Positions 1 through 10,138 of a DNA stretch of 64,000 nt are shown piece by piece (position 1 is the stretch's first letter; every line of letters begins with the position of its first letter). The stretch lies in the IMG/VR virus record IMGVR_UViG_3300042319_002138, positions 162,304 to 226,303 of that record; one strand, 5' to 3'. The translations under genes were made by a program, and so were the position numbers. Under the pieces are notes generated by a model. That model worked only from the letters and a program-made list of their open reading frames with translations. It made no database searches and had not been told where the DNA came from.

Positions 1-315
1 GATGGTTCTGGTTTAATTGGTGTTAGTGGTTCTTTTACTGGTGGTACTGTAACAGGACCTACTGAGTTTACAAGTGGTTTATCAGCTGACACAATTTACG
101 CCAATTATTTTATTGGGGACGGTTCTCAGTTAGCTGGGGTAGTTGGTCTTACTTATACCGATTTAGGGTTTACAGTAACATCACCGGCACCCTCAACTAT
201 AAATCAAAATGTAGTTTTACCTTATAATTCAACAGTAACTTATCCAACACCTTTAACAGTTGACCCAGGTTTTTCTGTTACAGTACCATCTGGAACAACA
301 TTATCAGTAATCTAA
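1..315 (+). CDS. C-terminal end of Gly/Thr/Ser-rich tail fibre-like protein (partial)
   Basis: Frame 1 is open from base 1 to TAA at 313-315; contains the 'YFIGDGSQLAG' motif, also seen as 'YYGDGSGLSN' in ORF 1131. Confidence 0.6.
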   Translation, partial: DGSGLIGVSGSFTGGTVTGPTEFTSGLSADTIYANYFIGDGSQLAGVVGLTYTDLGFTVTSPAPSTINQNVVLPYNSTVTYPTPLTVDPGFSVTVPSGTTLSVI

Positions 316-360
316 TATATAAAATAATAATAAAATAATAATAAAATAAAAAAAAACAAA

Positions 361-1107
361 ATGAGTCAAATTAATGTAAATACAATAAATTCAGCTGGAG
401 ACCCAAGTATATCAATAAGTGTTCCGTTTAGATATTCATCATCAGTAGCTACAGGTGGTAGTTCTTCAGCTATAGGAAGTTCTGTTACAGCAACAGGTTC
501 TGGTTCACATGCTGAAGGATGGCAAACTTTAGCTTCAGGAAATTTTGGTTCACATGCTGAGGGGTATCAAACTTCAGCAACAACACAATCATCACACACT
601 GAGGGTTCACAAACTTTAGCTTCAGGAAATAACGCACACGCTGAAGGGGAACAAACTATAGCTTCTGGTGCTTCTTCACACGCTGAAGGGGAGGATAGTG
701 TAGCTTCAGGTACTTCTTCACACGCTGAAGGTAAAACTACAATAGCATCGGGAAATTATTCACATTCACAAGGATACCAAACAACAGCGGGAGGTGATTA
801 CTCACACGCGAGTGGTTCTGCTACTATTGCTAGTAATACATCTTCATTTATTCATTGTAATTCTGGTACTGTTGATGCTATTGCTGGAGCCGTTTTGGGT
901 GGTACAAGTAATATTTTAACTAATACAGCTACAAATAGTGCTATTATAGGTGGTAATAATATTACAGGGTCAACATCAAACACAGTTTATGTACCAGAAC
1001 TAGAAGTGACATCAGTTGGTTTTGGTATAATATTACAATCTTCTAATGGTACTAGATATAGAGTAACAGTATCGAATGGTGGTGCATTGACTGTAACAGC
1101 AGCATAA
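361..1107 (+). CDS. Tail fibre/adhesin with YadA-head-like SHAEG repeats
   Basis: About 9 tandem 14-aa repeats of the form 'SHAEGxxTxASGxx'. Confidence 0.7.
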   Translation: MSQINVNTINSAGDPSISISVPFRYSSSVATGGSSSAIGSSVTATGSGSHAEGWQTLASGNFGSHAEGYQTSATTQSSHTEGSQTLASGNNAHAEGEQTIASGASSHAEGEDSVASGTSSHAEGKTTIASGNYSHSQGYQTTAGGDYSHASGSATIASNTSSFIHCNSGTVDAIAGAVLGGTSNILTNTATNSAIIGGNNITGSTSNTVYVPELEVTSVGFGIILQSSNGTRYRVTVSNGGALTVTAA

Positions 1108-1130
1108 AATTTATTAATAAAAAGAAAATT

Positions 1131-1622
1131 ATGTCTACACAATACATTATTAATAATAACGACGGTCTATTATCTGGACAAACAATTAGTGGAGATTTAA
1201 CGGTAACTAATTCTTTATCAGCCACAACATATTATGGTGATGGTTCTGGTTTAAGTAACATAGGAGTTAGCCAACCTTATAAAGTTTATACGGCTTTATT
1301 AAATCAGGGTGGTGTTGGTATTGCTCCGACAGCTAGGGTATTAGAGAATACTTTAGGTGTTATAACTTGGGAGTATATCGATGCAGGTATATATTATGGG
1401 ACATTAACTAGTGCTTTTACACCTTCTAGTAGTGCTTTTACTTATGACAAAACAGTTGTGTTTGTACAAAGGTATCTATCTCTTTCTGCCGCAGGAGGTG
1501 GTAAAGATGTTGTTGCGTATAGGGGCAGTGATGAGAGTATTACTGTTGTAACAATGGACAATGTTGATTACATTAATAATGTTTTATATGAACAAGGAAT
1601 AGAAATAAGGTTGTATGATTAA
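1131..1622 (+). CDS. Tail fibre-associated protein
   Basis: 'SATTYYGDGSGLSNI' fibre motif; co-transcribed with fibre genes. Confidence 0.5.
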   Translation: MSTQYIINNNDGLLSGQTISGDLTVTNSLSATTYYGDGSGLSNIGVSQPYKVYTALLNQGGVGIAPTARVLENTLGVITWEYIDAGIYYGTLTSAFTPSSSAFTYDKTVVFVQRYLSLSAAGGGKDVVAYRGSDESITVVTMDNVDYINNVLYEQGIEIRLYD

Positions 1623-1627
1623 AATAT

Positions 1628-1660
1628 AAAAAAACCACAATTAATGTTGTGGTTTTTTTT
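1628..1660. terminator. Bidirectional intrinsic terminator
   Basis: AAAAAACCACAA-ttaatg-TTGTGGTTTTTTTT between convergent genes. Confidence 0.8.
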
Positions 1661-1661
1661 A

Positions 1662-2057
1662 TTATGGAACAAATATTTGTAATTGTCCAGCACTTACAGT
1701 AAAATCAGGTTTTTTCATCACGGTGATTGTGACCAGATTCCAATGATTTGTTTCTAATTTTTCAGGATTAATAATAACATTTAAATTATCACCACCTTCT
1801 CTTGAAACTATAAATCTTCTATTAGGTCTTATTTCATTATCTATAATACTATAAATTATTTCATCTTTAGCATCCTCAAGTAGGTTAATAATGTCATAAT
1901 CATATATTTTTTCACCACTCCCGTGTCTCCATTTTCTTTGTGCTGTATGACCACCTGTATCATGATATAAGTCAAAAGTAAAAGTAATTTCACTACTTAA
2001 CTCATGAAATTTTTCTTCCCTTAAGATAGTTTCTTTTATTAAAGATTTAATATTCAT
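1662..2057 (-). CDS. Hypothetical protein with IKSLIKE...LREE N-terminal tag
   Basis: ORF; ATATTTATA motif upstream on the minus strand. Confidence 0.65.
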   Translation of the reverse strand: MNIKSLIKETILREEKFHELSSEITFTFDLYHDTGGHTAQRKWRHGSGEKIYDYDIINLLEDAKDEIIYSIIDNEIRPNRRFIVSREGGDNLNVIINPEKLETNHWNLVTITVMKKPDFTVSAGQLQIFVP

Positions 2058-2134
2058 ATTTTATAAATATTTATATAAGTATTAAACGATATACTTTTAA
2101 AATAAAATTAATTAAAATTAAAAATAAAAAGGCT

Positions 2135-2464
2135 ATGAAAAAAATTATTGAGTTTGTAAAAAAATATAAAATCTACATTTTATCGGGATTATTATTTATC
2201 TTCTTTTTCCGTTCTTGTATTAAATCAGGTGAGGTAAGAAAGTTGGATAAAATTAAAACTAAAAATGAAAGAGTTATTGATAGTTTAACTTCTGTTGTTA
2301 ACGGACAAAAAGACACTATTAATAATATTTCTGAAGTAATTAGAATGGAAAAAATTAGAGTCCATAGAAATTATGATAATTATATTTCTTCTAAAGACAG
2401 GGGTGACCAATTAATGGAACTCCATATGGTTGTGAAAAAAAATATTAAAGAACTAGAAAAATGA
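2135..2464 (+). CDS. Membrane-anchored coiled-coil protein (possible lipoprotein/spanin-like)
   Basis: N-terminal hydrophobic stretch followed by 'FRSC'. Confidence 0.45.
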   Translation: MKKIIEFVKKYKIYILSGLLFIFFFRSCIKSGEVRKLDKIKTKNERVIDSLTSVVNGQKDTINNISEVIRMEKIRVHRNYDNYISSKDRGDQLMELHMVVKKNIKELEK

Positions 2465-3420
2465 GAAAAATAATTAATTGGGTTAAGGACAACCCAAACA
2501 GAAGTATGTTCTTGTTACCTATTATATTGGTAGCAGGAATTTCTATTTCACACGTTGTTTCTTGGTATGATATTACTAACCCATTTAGTTGGGCAGTTTA
2601 CTTATCAGTCGCTATTGAAATAGGTGCTATGACAGCTTTGGTCGCAGCAACAAATAAAATGAAAGGTGGGGTTTGGTTTATGTTTGGATTGATTACACTA
2701 ATCCAAATGATTGGTAACATATTCTTCTCATTTAAAGAAATTGACGCAAACGGTTCTTTATTTAAATCTTGGGTTGAACTTACGGGTCCACTTTGGGATA
2801 TGATTGGTTCAGATTCTACCGATGTTGTTTCCATGAAAAGATGGTTGGCATTTTTAGAGGGTGGATTACTACCTATTATATCACTAACCTCACTACATTT
2901 CTTTGTTAAGTATGAAAAATCTAATTCCCCAAAAAAGGAAGAGATTTCTCCAAATGAAGAGGTAATTACTGTAAATCAAGTACAAATTGAAGAAACCAAT
3001 TCCCCAAAAGAAGATGAAAACTTGTTTCAAGAAGAGGTTTATTTACCTACAAAGGAAGAGGCTTTAATCGAAATAAATGAGACTCTTAATAAAGAGGTTA
3101 AAAAAGTTTGGGCAAAAGTTGAGGAATTAAGAGAAGAAAGTAAATTACCTGAAACAACAGAAGAGGATGATTCATCTGAACCTACCACTTTAGCTAATTC
3201 TGAATATAGACTAGAAGAAATTAATGAGGAGGATGATGAACAACCATTGTTAGTTGAAGAAGAAAATCCTGAAGATGAAATAATTATTCCCATGACAGGA
3301 GACACTAGAGTAGTTGAAGTTGGAACAGATATTAAAGCTGGAAAAACTTTGGGTGATGAATTAACTAAAAGTTGGAATAGAATAATCAAAAAAAATAACA
3401 CTATCGATAGATTAGGTTAA
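2461..3420 (+). CDS. Multi-pass membrane protein with acidic C-terminal tail
   Basis: 4 hydrophobic segments, then a Glu-rich region. Confidence 0.65.
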   Translation: MRKIINWVKDNPNRSMFLLPIILVAGISISHVVSWYDITNPFSWAVYLSVAIEIGAMTALVAATNKMKGGVWFMFGLITLIQMIGNIFFSFKEIDANGSLFKSWVELTGPLWDMIGSDSTDVVSMKRWLAFLEGGLLPIISLTSLHFFVKYEKSNSPKKEEISPNEEVITVNQVQIEETNSPKEDENLFQEEVYLPTKEEALIEINETLNKEVKKVWAKVEELREESKLPETTEEDDSSEPTTLANSEYRLEEINEEDDEQPLLVEEENPEDEIIIPMTGDTRVVEVGTDIKAGKTLGDELTKSWNRIIKKNNTIDRLG

Positions 3421-4004
3421 TGATTAACGAAATATCATATCTTTTAGGTGAAAATAATTACTACAAACAAACCTACGAAAAAACTCAAATAGTAGTTGGT
3501 CATAATAGTAGAAAAGATATGCGTCACTACCATTCATGGATTAATAGGAGAAATGGTGGTTATAAAAAAACAGCCACCTTCTCAATAGATAAGGATGGTT
3601 CTATTTATAAACATTACGACCCAAAATACTATTCAGATTTTTTAGGTTGTGAACAAGATAAATGTAATATATCAATAGTATTAGTTAACGAAGGTTGGGT
3701 AAAATTAAACGATATGAACGTGTTTGTTGACTGGTTAGGGCATACTTATAGTAAAAATAGTGATTTATTAGAAAAGAATTGGAGGAACTATAAATATTGG
3801 ATAAAATACACCGAAAAACAGTTTGATTCCCTTAATTATTTAATAAATCATTTATGTGAAAACTATAATATTAAAAATAAATTTATTGGTCATAATGTTT
3901 ATGATGAAAATATAGATTTATTTAAAGGAATAACTTTTAGGAGTAATTACTTTAAGGATATAACGGATGTAAGTCCGGCTTTTGAATTTGAAAAAATAAA
4001 ATAA
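3420..4004 (+). CDS. N-acetylmuramoyl-L-alanine amidase-like protein
   Basis: Amidase_2-like layout: 'IVVGHNS', 'FSIDKDGSIY', 'NISIVL', 'IGHNVY...DVSPAF'. Confidence 0.65.
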   Translation: MINEISYLLGENNYYKQTYEKTQIVVGHNSRKDMRHYHSWINRRNGGYKKTATFSIDKDGSIYKHYDPKYYSDFLGCEQDKCNISIVLVNEGWVKLNDMNVFVDWLGHTYSKNSDLLEKNWRNYKYWIKYTEKQFDSLNYLINHLCENYNIKNKFIGHNVYDENIDLFKGITFRSNYFKDITDVSPAFEFEKIK

Positions 4005-4005
4005 A

Positions 4006-4557
4006 ATGGATGATAGAAAATTTTTAGACAAAATTAGAAAATTACAAGAAAGTGGTCAAAAAATTGGTCTAACAGAATCTACTGTAGGTAAATCTACATT
4101 AAAAGACTCTAGTTTTAGAAGACTTTTAAAAGAGTACGAGGAAAATACTAATATACAAACAGTTGAACCTGACGAACAAAGAGACGAAGAAAATAAGTTT
4201 AAAGATACTGTATCTAAATTGGTTAAATTTAACCCAATTAAGGTACATAAAGAAAACGTTGAGTGGTCAGGAAATCTTGTAAGAGAAAAGATTCAATGGA
4301 ACTACTCACTAGATGAAAAAATTGGTTGTTATATTCAATCAATGACAGATGGAGGTACTTCAGCACCAATTCAATTAACGGATGATACTTTAGAAGTTAT
4401 TAAAAAACTTAGAGGTTATTATGATGTATGGAGTGATGAATGGTCAGCAAGATTAACGGGTGGTTCAGCAGAAGAAACAACCGAAGAAACACCAGTAGAA
4501 ACTGCACCCACAGAAGCAGGTACAGAAGGTAAAGAAACAGGAGGATTTGGATTTTAA
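4006..4557 (+). CDS. Hypothetical protein
   Basis: ORF in operon with phage-like composition. Confidence 0.65.
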   Translation: MDDRKFLDKIRKLQESGQKIGLTESTVGKSTLKDSSFRRLLKEYEENTNIQTVEPDEQRDEENKFKDTVSKLVKFNPIKVHKENVEWSGNLVREKIQWNYSLDEKIGCYIQSMTDGGTSAPIQLTDDTLEVIKKLRGYYDVWSDEWSARLTGGSAEETTEETPVETAPTEAGTEGKETGGFGF

Positions 4558-4559
4558 TT

Positions 4560-5366
4560 ATGAAAGGTATTAATTTAAAAGACACCATTTTATTTGGTGG
4601 TATTATGTTTTTAATCATTTTACTTATGATGAGTAGATGTGAAAAAACTAAAATGGAAAAAGACTTGTATGAACAAGTTAGAGCAACAAATAAAGAAATT
4701 GTTAAAAACAGTAAACTAATAAAAGAAAAAGACGGGCAATACTCTAAGTTTGTCAATAATTTCAACGACCAAAAAGATTTACTTAAACAATTAAAGGAAG
4801 AAAATAAAGATTTATATAAAACAATCAAAAAAAGTGATGAAAAACTTTTAATGATTAATAATACATTGATTACACTAGAAGGACAAGTTTCGGAAGGTTT
4901 TGGTAAAATTAATCCTAGTGATAGTAATTTAATTGATTTAAAATTAAAATACCCTAACGACAAAGATTGGTTTATTTCTTGGGATGGTACAGTACATAAG
5001 AAGACAGCTTTCTATAAAGGTGACTGGACTTTTGGTAAATTACCTTTACAGATTATTTTAACTGAAACAGATAAAGGTATATGGAATAGTAGATTAATTG
5101 GACCAGAATGGTTAAAGGTTGATAAAATGGAGGTTAATGCTATTAAACCTGAAGACATTACATCACCATATGTACCACAACCACGTAATTTTGGACTTAT
5201 GTTAGGTGGTGGTTATGTAAAAGGATTTGCTAATCCAACAACTAACGCACTTTCAATAGGTATAGGTGGGTTCTTTAAAAATCATTCAGTAATAGTTAAT
5301 GGAACAACTAATAGTACGATAGGCTTTAATTATTATTACAGATTTGTTACTTTTAAGAAAAAATAA
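4560..5366 (+). CDS. Membrane-anchored coiled-coil protein with beta-rich C-terminus
   Basis: N-terminal TM 'ILFGGIMFLIILLMM' plus 'SRC'. Confidence 0.55.
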   Translation: MKGINLKDTILFGGIMFLIILLMMSRCEKTKMEKDLYEQVRATNKEIVKNSKLIKEKDGQYSKFVNNFNDQKDLLKQLKEENKDLYKTIKKSDEKLLMINNTLITLEGQVSEGFGKINPSDSNLIDLKLKYPNDKDWFISWDGTVHKKTAFYKGDWTFGKLPLQIILTETDKGIWNSRLIGPEWLKVDKMEVNAIKPEDITSPYVPQPRNFGLMLGGGYVKGFANPTTNALSIGIGGFFKNHSVIVNGTTNSTIGFNYYYRFVTFKKK

Positions 5367-5371
5367 TTGTC

Positions 5372-5698
5372 ATGAGTAGTAATTTACAGGTTAAAAGATT
5401 AATAGAAGAAATACAAGAAAACAGTCACAAAAAAGTTATTGTTTACGCATTAGATGGTTGTCCAGCGTGTGAAGAGTTTAAAAGTAAGATTGATAAAATA
5501 GGTCTTGTTTTTGAAAATATCGGTATGGATGGTAACGACGTTATGTGGAAAATGTTAAGTGAAAAAGGTGGTAGTGACTTTGTTCCACAAGTTGAAGTGG
5601 AGGGTTATTTGATTAAAGAGGAAGAATATGAAACTGTTAATGAGTTGGTTAGTAAGACCTTATCGAGACTCTTAGAACGAAAAATTATAATTAAATAA
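5372..5698 (+). CDS. Glutaredoxin-like protein
   Basis: CPAC active site and 'FVPQV' cis-Pro motif. Confidence 0.85.
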   Translation: MSSNLQVKRLIEEIQENSHKKVIVYALDGCPACEEFKSKIDKIGLVFENIGMDGNDVMWKMLSEKGGSDFVPQVEVEGYLIKEEEYETVNELVSKTLSRLLERKIIIK

Positions 5699-5793
5699 TT
5701 AAAAAATTAAAACCACTTAAAATTTAGGTGGTTTTTTTATGCTCAGAAGATATTTATCTAATAAATAATAATCGATTATTAAAAAAACACAAA

Positions 5794-5958
5794 ATGGCAA
5801 AGGTATTAAGATACAATGAAGAAGAATTCGTAACTCTATTAGAGAACATCGTAAAAAGAGTTAAAAAAGAACAAATGTTAGAAGAGGCTAGAAAAAATAG
5901 AAAAGCTAACCTATCTGAAAATTTCAATAGACTTAGAGAAAGAAGAAGTCGTAATTAA
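5794..5958 (+). CDS. Small helical protein (MAKVLRYNEEEF...)
   Basis: ATG at 5794 downstream of GATATTTAT motif. Confidence 0.55.
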   Translation: MAKVLRYNEEEFVTLLENIVKRVKKEQMLEEARKNRKANLSENFNRLRERRSRN

Positions 5959-5960
5959 TA

Positions 5961-6230
5961 ATGAAAAGTCTTATTAAACAAGTCCTTAAGGAAGAACTAA
6001 CTCGTGCCGATAAAGCTGAAATTAAAAAAATAGCAAGGACCGAGTTTGAAGACATGCTTAAAAGTTCCAACATCAAATCAAAGATAGAGGATATTGTTAA
6101 AAAACAACTTAAAAACGATAAAGCAACCCAAAAAGAAGTTGCTGATATCACACAAAAAGTATTAGTACAATTCTATAAAACCCTTTGGACTAGAAGAAGT
6201 TTTTGGGCTAATAAATTAGATAACATATAA
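5961..6230 (+). CDS. Hypothetical protein with MKSLIKQVLKEE tag
   Basis: ORF with the shared N-terminal motif. Confidence 0.65.
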   Translation: MKSLIKQVLKEELTRADKAEIKKIARTEFEDMLKSSNIKSKIEDIVKKQLKNDKATQKEVADITQKVLVQFYKTLWTRRSFWANKLDNI

Positions 6231-7858
6231 TGTCATATAATTTAATTAATAGAGACCCAATAGCTAAAGTAGGGATGAGAATCCGTATGGGTGAATTTGA
6301 TGCCAACAATCCATCTAAAAAAAATTCTGAATGGAAACCTGATGTAAGTGCAGTAAAAAAAGATTTAGAAGGTACTATATATAAAATAGATGACATTGGT
6401 ACCTTACATGTTAAGTGGGACAACGGGAGTACAATGGGGATTATACCTAATATAGACACTTATACGTTATTACCATCTTTAAAAGACCAGGTAGATTTTA
6501 ATGTTTTTGAGGCTGAAGATAAACCTATTTTAAATAATAGTAAGGCAACTCCAGCAGGAAAAAATCTATCAAAAAAGTTTAAAGCACCAATGAAAAAACT
6601 TGGTGTAAAATCTGAATCTGAGGAAAAAAATCTATCAAAAGAGGTTGATTGTGAAATGTGTGACCATTCTTGGGACATAGAACCAAAAGAAAAACACCCA
6701 TACTTATGTCATGATTGTGGTTACGATAACAAATCTAAAAAATATAACTACAAAGAACTTGAAAACTTTCGGAAGAAACATAAAAAAGAGGGTGAGTTAG
6801 AAGAAACTATGACAGCCGGTGGAGGAAATGGTTTAGCTGGTGCATCAGGTTATGCATTTACAGGTTCATTAGGTGGTACCAAAAAAACAAACGAAAACAA
6901 AATCATTAAAGTAAAAGATTTAATGAAAGAAGAAACTACCACAAGTGCTATTTCAGCAACGGTAGATTTTGTGGTAGCTAATTTATTGGGTTGGGGTACA
7001 AAGGAGGATATGAGTCCACCTTGGCCTTCACCTAAAAGAAAAGCTGATAATAATGAAATAGAAGATTGGTGGTGGCAAAAAATACCAACATACAATGGTG
7101 GTGTTATAACAGACCCTTATGCCAAAACAAACGAAACTTGGGACGACGACCAATTAGAGGTTCATATTGACGGTGATATGACGCAATTTCAAAAAGACGT
7201 TTATAAAAACCCTAAAAAATATAAACAATCTGTTATTACAATTGACAAGGGGTTTGACCTTAACGTTAGTCCACCAAATAATGATTGGAAAACATCATTA
7301 CAAAAAGGGGTAACTTTAAAAAACCAAAAATCAGAAGAACCCGCTGAACATTTTCGTAATAGACACTATTCAAGAACCATCAAGAAAGAAGAGGTATCTA
7401 ATTTTGTAAATGATTTACTTTCAGAATCTAAGAAAAAAGAAAAGGAAAAAGAGGATTTAGAAGAAACAACAACATTTGGTTCTGTATTTGGTGGTGGTTT
7501 CCCTGTAGGTCCTGCTTTTGCAGCTAAGAAAGGGAAATGGACACCATCTAAAAAACCTATATGGAAAGGTGGTAAAATCATCCAAAGATTAGATAATACT
7601 GGTATTCTAGGTGAAAACACTTTATTTACTGAAATAAATAAAATTAAGTTTGTCCCAAAAGGAGGTAAATTTGTTAAGATTAAAGACAAATGTGCTAAAT
7701 ATAATAACCAACCATGGTGTAGTCAGGGAGCAATAGATAAACCTTTAGAACTTAGTAATAATACCTTTGAAAGTATTAAAAAAGTCTCTAAAGAAACTGG
7801 TTTACCTTTTAATATTATCTTAGATAAAATCAAATTAAAGATACTAAACAATAAATAA
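6230..7858 (+). CDS. Multi-domain protein: DUF4314-like N-terminus, CxxC..CxxC module, repeated xEETT motifs
   Basis: 'GTIYKIDDIGTLHVKWDNGS'; 'CEMC...CHDC'; LEETMT, KEETTT, LEETTT. Confidence 0.55.
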   Translation: MSYNLINRDPIAKVGMRIRMGEFDANNPSKKNSEWKPDVSAVKKDLEGTIYKIDDIGTLHVKWDNGSTMGIIPNIDTYTLLPSLKDQVDFNVFEAEDKPILNNSKATPAGKNLSKKFKAPMKKLGVKSESEEKNLSKEVDCEMCDHSWDIEPKEKHPYLCHDCGYDNKSKKYNYKELENFRKKHKKEGELEETMTAGGGNGLAGASGYAFTGSLGGTKKTNENKIIKVKDLMKEETTTSAISATVDFVVANLLGWGTKEDMSPPWPSPKRKADNNEIEDWWWQKIPTYNGGVITDPYAKTNETWDDDQLEVHIDGDMTQFQKDVYKNPKKYKQSVITIDKGFDLNVSPPNNDWKTSLQKGVTLKNQKSEEPAEHFRNRHYSRTIKKEEVSNFVNDLLSESKKKEKEKEDLEETTTFGSVFGGGFPVGPAFAAKKGKWTPSKKPIWKGGKIIQRLDNTGILGENTLFTEINKIKFVPKGGKFVKIKDKCAKYNNQPWCSQGAIDKPLELSNNTFESIKKVSKETGLPFNIILDKIKLKILNNK

Positions 7859-7883
7859 AGATATTTATAATAAAAACATAGAC

Positions 7884-8852
7884 ATGTCAAATAAGATTAA
7901 TAAACTAGTTAAAAAGAACTTAAATACTTTACTTGAAACTAAAGGATTTGAGGATATGGAAGTTGCTTTTGGTGTTAAACACAAAAGTGATAACCTTTCT
8001 GACGCTGAAAAAGGCCAATTTGGTTCAATGGAGTCAATCCAAGACAAAGAAAGTGGTGTTGTTAAATTAGGTACTTCTACTGTACAACCAGCATTAAATA
8101 AAGTACATAAAGAAGATGTGAAAGATGCTGAAGAGTATTACAAAATGGTTTTGGATAGAATGAGAAACTTCCAAAAGACAGATACTTCTGAACCATCACA
8201 AATTGGTGAGGCTTTTAAACCTAAAAAGGTTAATAGAGAAGATGACCAAACAAAAGATTATGATGTATATGATACTGAAGCTTTAGGACCTGGTATGTTA
8301 GCACTAAAATATGATAATGAAGGAACACCTGTTCACGATGAATTCGTGAAAAGACAAGATGAGTTAAACGGTAACGACTCTACATATCTAAAATTAAGAG
8401 GTTATTCAGAAAAGTATTTAAAACACAAATACGGAACACCTGATGAATACCACTACTCACCAAAAGTTAGAACAACTGATAAACCTATTGCTGAATCAGA
8501 TAAAAAATACTCTGACGTTATTGAAGAAAATATATTCAAAACAAAAAGTAAGATAACATCAAAAGAACAGGTTATTAGATTAACAGAAAAGTTACCTTCT
8601 AGAGTTAAGATTGATGAGACAGTATTTGCTGTTACTGACGGTAATAACTATTATAGATTGATTTGGGAAGGTGAAGAAGACGGTGAAGCGGTTATTACAC
8701 ACGAAAAAAATACTAAGGTAGTTAGTGAGTCGATTGATAAAATGAAACATTTGTGGGGTTATAAAGCATCGGATTCTATTTCCACTAAAAACATTGTTAA
8801 AGAAAACGAAGAAGATAAGTTTAAAACATTATTTAGACAAATGAAAAAATAA
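7884..8852 (+). CDS. Hypothetical protein (possible head-associated)
   Basis: GATATTTATA motif upstream; several xxE motifs. Confidence 0.6.
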   Translation: MSNKINKLVKKNLNTLLETKGFEDMEVAFGVKHKSDNLSDAEKGQFGSMESIQDKESGVVKLGTSTVQPALNKVHKEDVKDAEEYYKMVLDRMRNFQKTDTSEPSQIGEAFKPKKVNREDDQTKDYDVYDTEALGPGMLALKYDNEGTPVHDEFVKRQDELNGNDSTYLKLRGYSEKYLKHKYGTPDEYHYSPKVRTTDKPIAESDKKYSDVIEENIFKTKSKITSKEQVIRLTEKLPSRVKIDETVFAVTDGNNYYRLIWEGEEDGEAVITHEKNTKVVSESIDKMKHLWGYKASDSISTKNIVKENEEDKFKTLFRQMKK

Positions 8853-8857
8853 TCACT

Positions 8858-9184
8858 ATGGCAAATGAAAAAAAAATAAACACGGAACCAACAAAAAAGA
8901 AGTGGTATTCAGTAGCAGCAGAAAAAATTAAATGGTTTTTTACTGAAGTTATGAATATGTATTCAGCTAGTGATTCTTATTTTTCTAAAAAAAGAATTGA
9001 ATCTGGTGTAGCTTTTGTTATAGCTCAATGGGGGATGATATTTTTTTTAATGGAAAAACATAGTAAACTAAGTATGGGTGAATTTCTATTATGGGCTTCA
9101 GCGGAATTTGCGGTCGCGGGATGGATGATTACTAAAATACAGAAAGAAAAAAATACAAATCATAACGAAGAAAACCCTCAGTAA
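8858..9184 (+). CDS. Small membrane protein, holin candidate
   Basis: Two hydrophobic helices, charged C-terminus, near lysozyme gene. Confidence 0.45.
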   Translation: MANEKKINTEPTKKKWYSVAAEKIKWFFTEVMNMYSASDSYFSKKRIESGVAFVIAQWGMIFFLMEKHSKLSMGEFLLWASAEFAVAGWMITKIQKEKNTNHNEENPQ

Positions 9185-9219
9185 GAGGGTTTTTTTATTT
9201 ATAATCATATTTATGTAAT

Positions 9220-9603
9220 ATGAAAAAAGTAATTAGACTTACAGAATTAGATTTAACAAGAATTGTCAAAAGAATTCTTAAAGAAGAGGCTGAAGAAAAA
9301 GTTGAGGTAACATATAGTACTTCACATGGTGATATAACTTATATTGGGCAATTAGGTAGAAACCCTAACGAAGATTTATATTATTTTAAACCAGAGGAAG
9401 GTGGGTTTGAATTTATGTCTAATAGTAGTATGAAACCTAATTGGGGTCTTGAAAAAGAATTTAATAGATTAGTCGGAAAAAAATTAACTGTTGATTATGA
9501 ATATGGTCCTTCTATTAAATTAGGTGGTCAAATAAATCATGGTAAAATGTTTATTAAAGGCCTCTTAAACGGTGAGGAGAATGTTAAAATAAAAAAAATT
9601 TAA
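9220..9603 (+). CDS. Hypothetical protein with MKKVIRLTELDLTRIVKRILKEE tag
   Basis: ORF; ATATTTAT upstream. Confidence 0.65.
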   Translation: MKKVIRLTELDLTRIVKRILKEEAEEKVEVTYSTSHGDITYIGQLGRNPNEDLYYFKPEEGGFEFMSNSSMKPNWGLEKEFNRLVGKKLTVDYEYGPSIKLGGQINHGKMFIKGLLNGEENVKIKKI

Positions 9604-9673
9604 TTTATTAAACCCCATCTTTATATAGTTAGGGTTTTTTTTATGTCTAAGAATATTTATAAATAAAAACATT

Positions 9674-10132
9674 ATGAAAATTACAAAAACAAGTGAGAAA
9701 GGTATTGATTTAATTAAATCTTTTGAAGGATTTATGTCAAAACCTTATTTATGTCCAGCTAAAATCCCAACAATTGGGTATGGAGCAACTTTTTACCCTG
9801 ACGGTAAAAAAGTAACCTTAAATGACAAAGCGATTACTGAAGCGGAAGGTGTTGCGTTATTAAAAAGTATGTTAGTAAAGTTTGAACAATACGTTGATTC
9901 TTACTGTGTGGATACAATTAATCAAGGTCAATTTGATGCATTAGTTTCTTTCGCCTATAACTTAGGTCCAGCTAACTTAAAATCTAGTACATTACTTAAA
10001 AAAGTTAATACTGACCCTAACGACCCAACTATTGAAGTTGAATTCTTAAAATGGACTAAAGCTGGTGGTAAAACACTTAAAGGTTTGGTAAGAAGAAGAG
10101 AGGCTGAAGTTAAATTATATTTTAATAAATAA
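9674..10132 (+). CDS. Lysozyme (GH24-type endolysin)
   Basis: 'IKSFEG...YLCPAKIPTIGYG', 'QFDALVSFAYNLG', 'GLVRRREAE'. Confidence 0.92.
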   Translation: MKITKTSEKGIDLIKSFEGFMSKPYLCPAKIPTIGYGATFYPDGKKVTLNDKAITEAEGVALLKSMLVKFEQYVDSYCVDTINQGQFDALVSFAYNLGPANLKSSTLLKKVNTDPNDPTIEVEFLKWTKAGGKTLKGLVRRREAEVKLYFNK

Positions 10133-10138
10133 AAAAAA

